A DNA stretch of 64,000 bases from Azolla caroliniana (lineage: Eukaryota; Plantae; Polypodiophyta). The notes under the pieces are model-generated. The model ran no database searches. It was given only the letters and a program-made list of their open reading frames with translations, and was not told the DNA's origin. Location of the stretch: contig JBHGNT010000016.1 in the NCBI GenBank assembly GCA_043228905.1, positions 13,764,001 through 13,828,000 of the forward strand, in the 5' to 3' direction. Of this stretch, positions 61,412-64,000 are shown piece by piece (position 1 is the stretch's first letter; each line of letters starts with the position of its first letter). Both the position numbers and the translations under genes were made by a program.

Positions 61412-62986
61412 TGTGTTGGCCGGTCAGAAGAGCAAGGACAAGTGGGAAGGCGGAATCGGATCGGATAATAGGAAGTAATAGTAGGATTATTATTCGGAGG
61501 GACGGATTCGGTACAGTTGTACCGATCCGGATCCGAACCGATTCGGATGTCGGTTGCCTAAGCGCACCGATTGTAACCTTGCCGGATGCCTATAAAAGGA
61601 TCCGATGATTTGTAAAGTGTTTTGACGGAAGTAATACAATAGTAATTATTGTGTATTTATCTGTATCTCGTATTGTTTGCCGTCCGTGCTTAATTGTAAT
61701 CATATTATGCGTGTAACCTAGCATCCAATCCTTACCACCCCTTTGGAGAAGTGTCGGGTAGACACCTGTGTTGAGGCTAGTCCGGCCAAACAGACAACAT
61801 ATTTCGTGCAGTAATCCGTAGTGACGATCACATACCGGTTGCCGGTTCTCATTGCCGGTGGTTTGAAAGGACCGACAGAATCTAGCCCCCATTTCTGAAA
61901 TGGTTCTAATGGTAGCACGGGCTGGTGAGGCATTCTGGCTTGTTCGGTTGGTTGGCCCATTCGTTGACATAGGTCGCATTCTTTAGCGTACCGGACTGCA
62001 TCCTTCAATGTTGTCGGCCACCATAGTCCACTCTGCCATATTTTCCTTGCCATAGCGTCTCCGGCATAATGTCCTCCAGCCACACCGCAGTGTGCTTCGC
62101 GCAATATTATTTCCTTTTCGTCGTTGCGCACTGCACGCCGCCATATGCCATCTGCGCCTTTGTGGTACAGTGTGTCCTGTAATAGACAGAAGTGTCGGCT
62201 TTGAACCGCAAAGCGTTTCCTTTTGTCTCTATTCATCTCCTCCGGAGGTAAGCCTGTGCTCAGGAATTGGTGCATGTTGGTGAGCCACTTTTCTTCCTCT
62301 ACGACTGAACTATCTGTTGTCGTTTCTGCTGTGAATCTAAACAGCTCTGCATCAGGAAAGTCGTCTGGTACTCCGTCACCGGTTTCGCTGGAATGCAACC
62401 AGCTTAAATAGTCCGCTACCGCATGTTGTATGCCGGGTCGGTGGAATATCTCGAACTCGAATTCTTGAAATAGTAACGTCCACCGGGCCAGATTACCGGT
62501 GAGTGATGCTTTGGACACCAAATAGAGGAGCGCCGAATGATCTACGTGAAAGGAAAATTTCCTTCCCAACAGATAGTGTCTAAACTTGGTGACATTGTAG
62601 ATCATACCCAAGGCCTCCCTTTCCGTTGTGGAGTAATTCCGTTCCACTTGGGACAGCTTCCGGCTGGCATAATAGACTGGCTGGTACCATTTCGGTTCTG
62701 TCAATTGCATCAGTGCACTCTTGATTGCGATGTTGGACGCGTCAACGAACACATGGAACTCTTTTGACCAATCCGGGGGTTGCACCACCGGCGCTTGTGA
62801 CAACAGTACTTTTAGTGCCCGGTAAGCCTGGTCTTCTGTGTTCGTCCATCGGAACGGTGTCCGATGTACCGCGGCATGCAGTGGTGTAGCCAGGTCTGCC
62901 AAATACCAGAGCATTCGGCTATGCCACCGAATTTGTTCTAAGAACCGGCTTAGTGCCTTTGTCGTGGCTGGTGCGGGTGCCTCCCG

Positions 62987-64000
62987 AAGGTCAATTTACT
63001 CTGTCGGTGATCTATACTCGGGGTACGACCAATTCTAGCTAGCCGTGGAGAGTAGGGATATCACGACGATGCGAACTCCTCTCGGTCTAGTGCGGATGTG
63101 TACCCTACCACAAGGAGGGACGAATTCGGTGGCGCATATGGTGAACACAATGAACAAGGTGCTGAGGGACTGCATCCCGGAAATCACCATGCCATTCTTG
63201 GACGACATCCCGATAAAGGGGTGTCCAGTGGAAGATGCGGACGAGACTGTCGGGCCGGATGGATGCCGGAGGTTCGTCGTGAACCACATCAACGATTGCG
63301 AGAAGGTGCTGCAGAGGCTCGAGAGAGCACGACTCACCTTCTCCGAAGAAAAATCTGCGTTCGGGCAGTTAGAGATCTTGGTGGTCGGACACCTATCCAG
63401 GTTAAACGCAAACTCTGGGGTATCATTTTGGCGGCGAAGGCCGATAAAGACTACCTGATCGGGACAGAGGTAATAATTGAGATGGACTGCCTGCCGATTC
63501 TCGGCATGGTTTCTAGATGCGTGACGCCGGACCTAGTAATGCTTAGGTGGATAACGTACATCAAGTCCCTGAATCCAAAGATATGACACATTTCTGGAAA
63601 AGACAATGCCATGGCCGACATGCTCTCAACGGCGAGGTTCGAAAACGAGGACGGCGTGGTATCGGAGGACGAGGAAGTCGGCGTAGATTTCTTCGAGGCG
63701 GCATACGTAACAACCAAAAAGGGGAGCACTCCGGTGCTTAACGAATTCGACGAGAGCAAGTATGACGGGGAGTGGCTCCAGATCGGTGGGCTCCTGAAAA
63801 CAATGACACCGGACGTGGCATGGACGAAGGAAGAGACCAACCGGATCCGGAAGAAAGCGTACCGATTCTTCCTTCGGGACGGGTACATATGGAAGCACCC
63901 GAAGAAGAGGGATGGCATCCCGCTCCGAGTGGTGGTGAAGGAGGAACAGGAGGAGTTGCTGGAGGCCTACCACGAGAGTCCCTGGGCCGGACACTGCGGA
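62987..64000 (+). mobile_element. Ty3/gypsy RT-RNase H fragment of a divergent (fungal-like) lineage, running off the window
   Basis: DLYSGYDQF..RDITTMRTPLGLVRMCTLPQGGTNSV..PFLDDIPIKG, EMDCLPILGM and RWITYI. Internal deletion at ~63395. No LTR at the left junction. Confidence 0.85.

Larger units (their letters stand above)
51299..61799 (+). mobile_element. Full-length (10.5 kb), recently inserted Athila-like Ty3/gypsy retrotransposon
   Basis: 386-bp LTRs at 51299-51684 and 61414-61799, with two differences seen. TSD CATTT/TATTT. PBS TGGCGACCAC at 51691-51700. Carries gag-pol and ORF2 but no PPT. Confidence 0.96.
45424..62986 (-). mobile_element. Athila-like gypsy host element (RH-INT, ORF2, tRNA-like module, 3' LTR 45424-45872) carrying two nested insertions
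   Basis: Pol segments 62986-61805, 51298-51079 and 49869-49181 rejoin in frame as DYCTK|WVEAKA and NGLTEST|NKTLQ once the insertions are removed. Decayed ORF2 at ~45926-48880. LTR TGTTACCC...TTAACA. Confidence 0.9.

Noticed and set aside
51299-61799. Element actually oriented on the minus strand, making the module an ordinary PBS
   Set aside because: gag-pol, ORF2, the LTR TATA (CCTATAAAAG) and a separate PBS at 51691 are all on the plus strand, and the opposite end has no minus-strand PPT.

Overview
Eukaryotic, plant-type DNA. The TE families suggest a seed-free vascular plant such as a fern, but that is inference. About 90% of the window is nested transposons around one apparently intact host gene, a G-type lectin S-domain receptor-like kinase (25954-28826, one intron). 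The TEs are several Ty1/copia elements or fragments, chromovirus-type and fungal-like Ty3/gypsy fragments, LINE fragments, a CACTA terminus, a Sola-like DDD transposase with a head-to-head spliced partner gene, and a family of Athila-like (OTA clade, no extra RNase H) gypsy elements with TRIM/LARD-type derivatives. Main finding: every member of this Athila-like family whose 3' end is visible (6 junctions in 5 elements from diverged LTR families) lacks a polypurine tract. In its place is a sense-strand tRNA-Arg-like 3' half: T-arm, an inserted covarying hairpin, the acceptor 3' strand and CCA, ending exactly 2 nt before the 3' LTR. This suggests tRNA- or tRNA-mimic-primed plus-strand synthesis. 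Coordinates were read by eye and may be off by a few bases. tRNA identities are from memory, not from a search.
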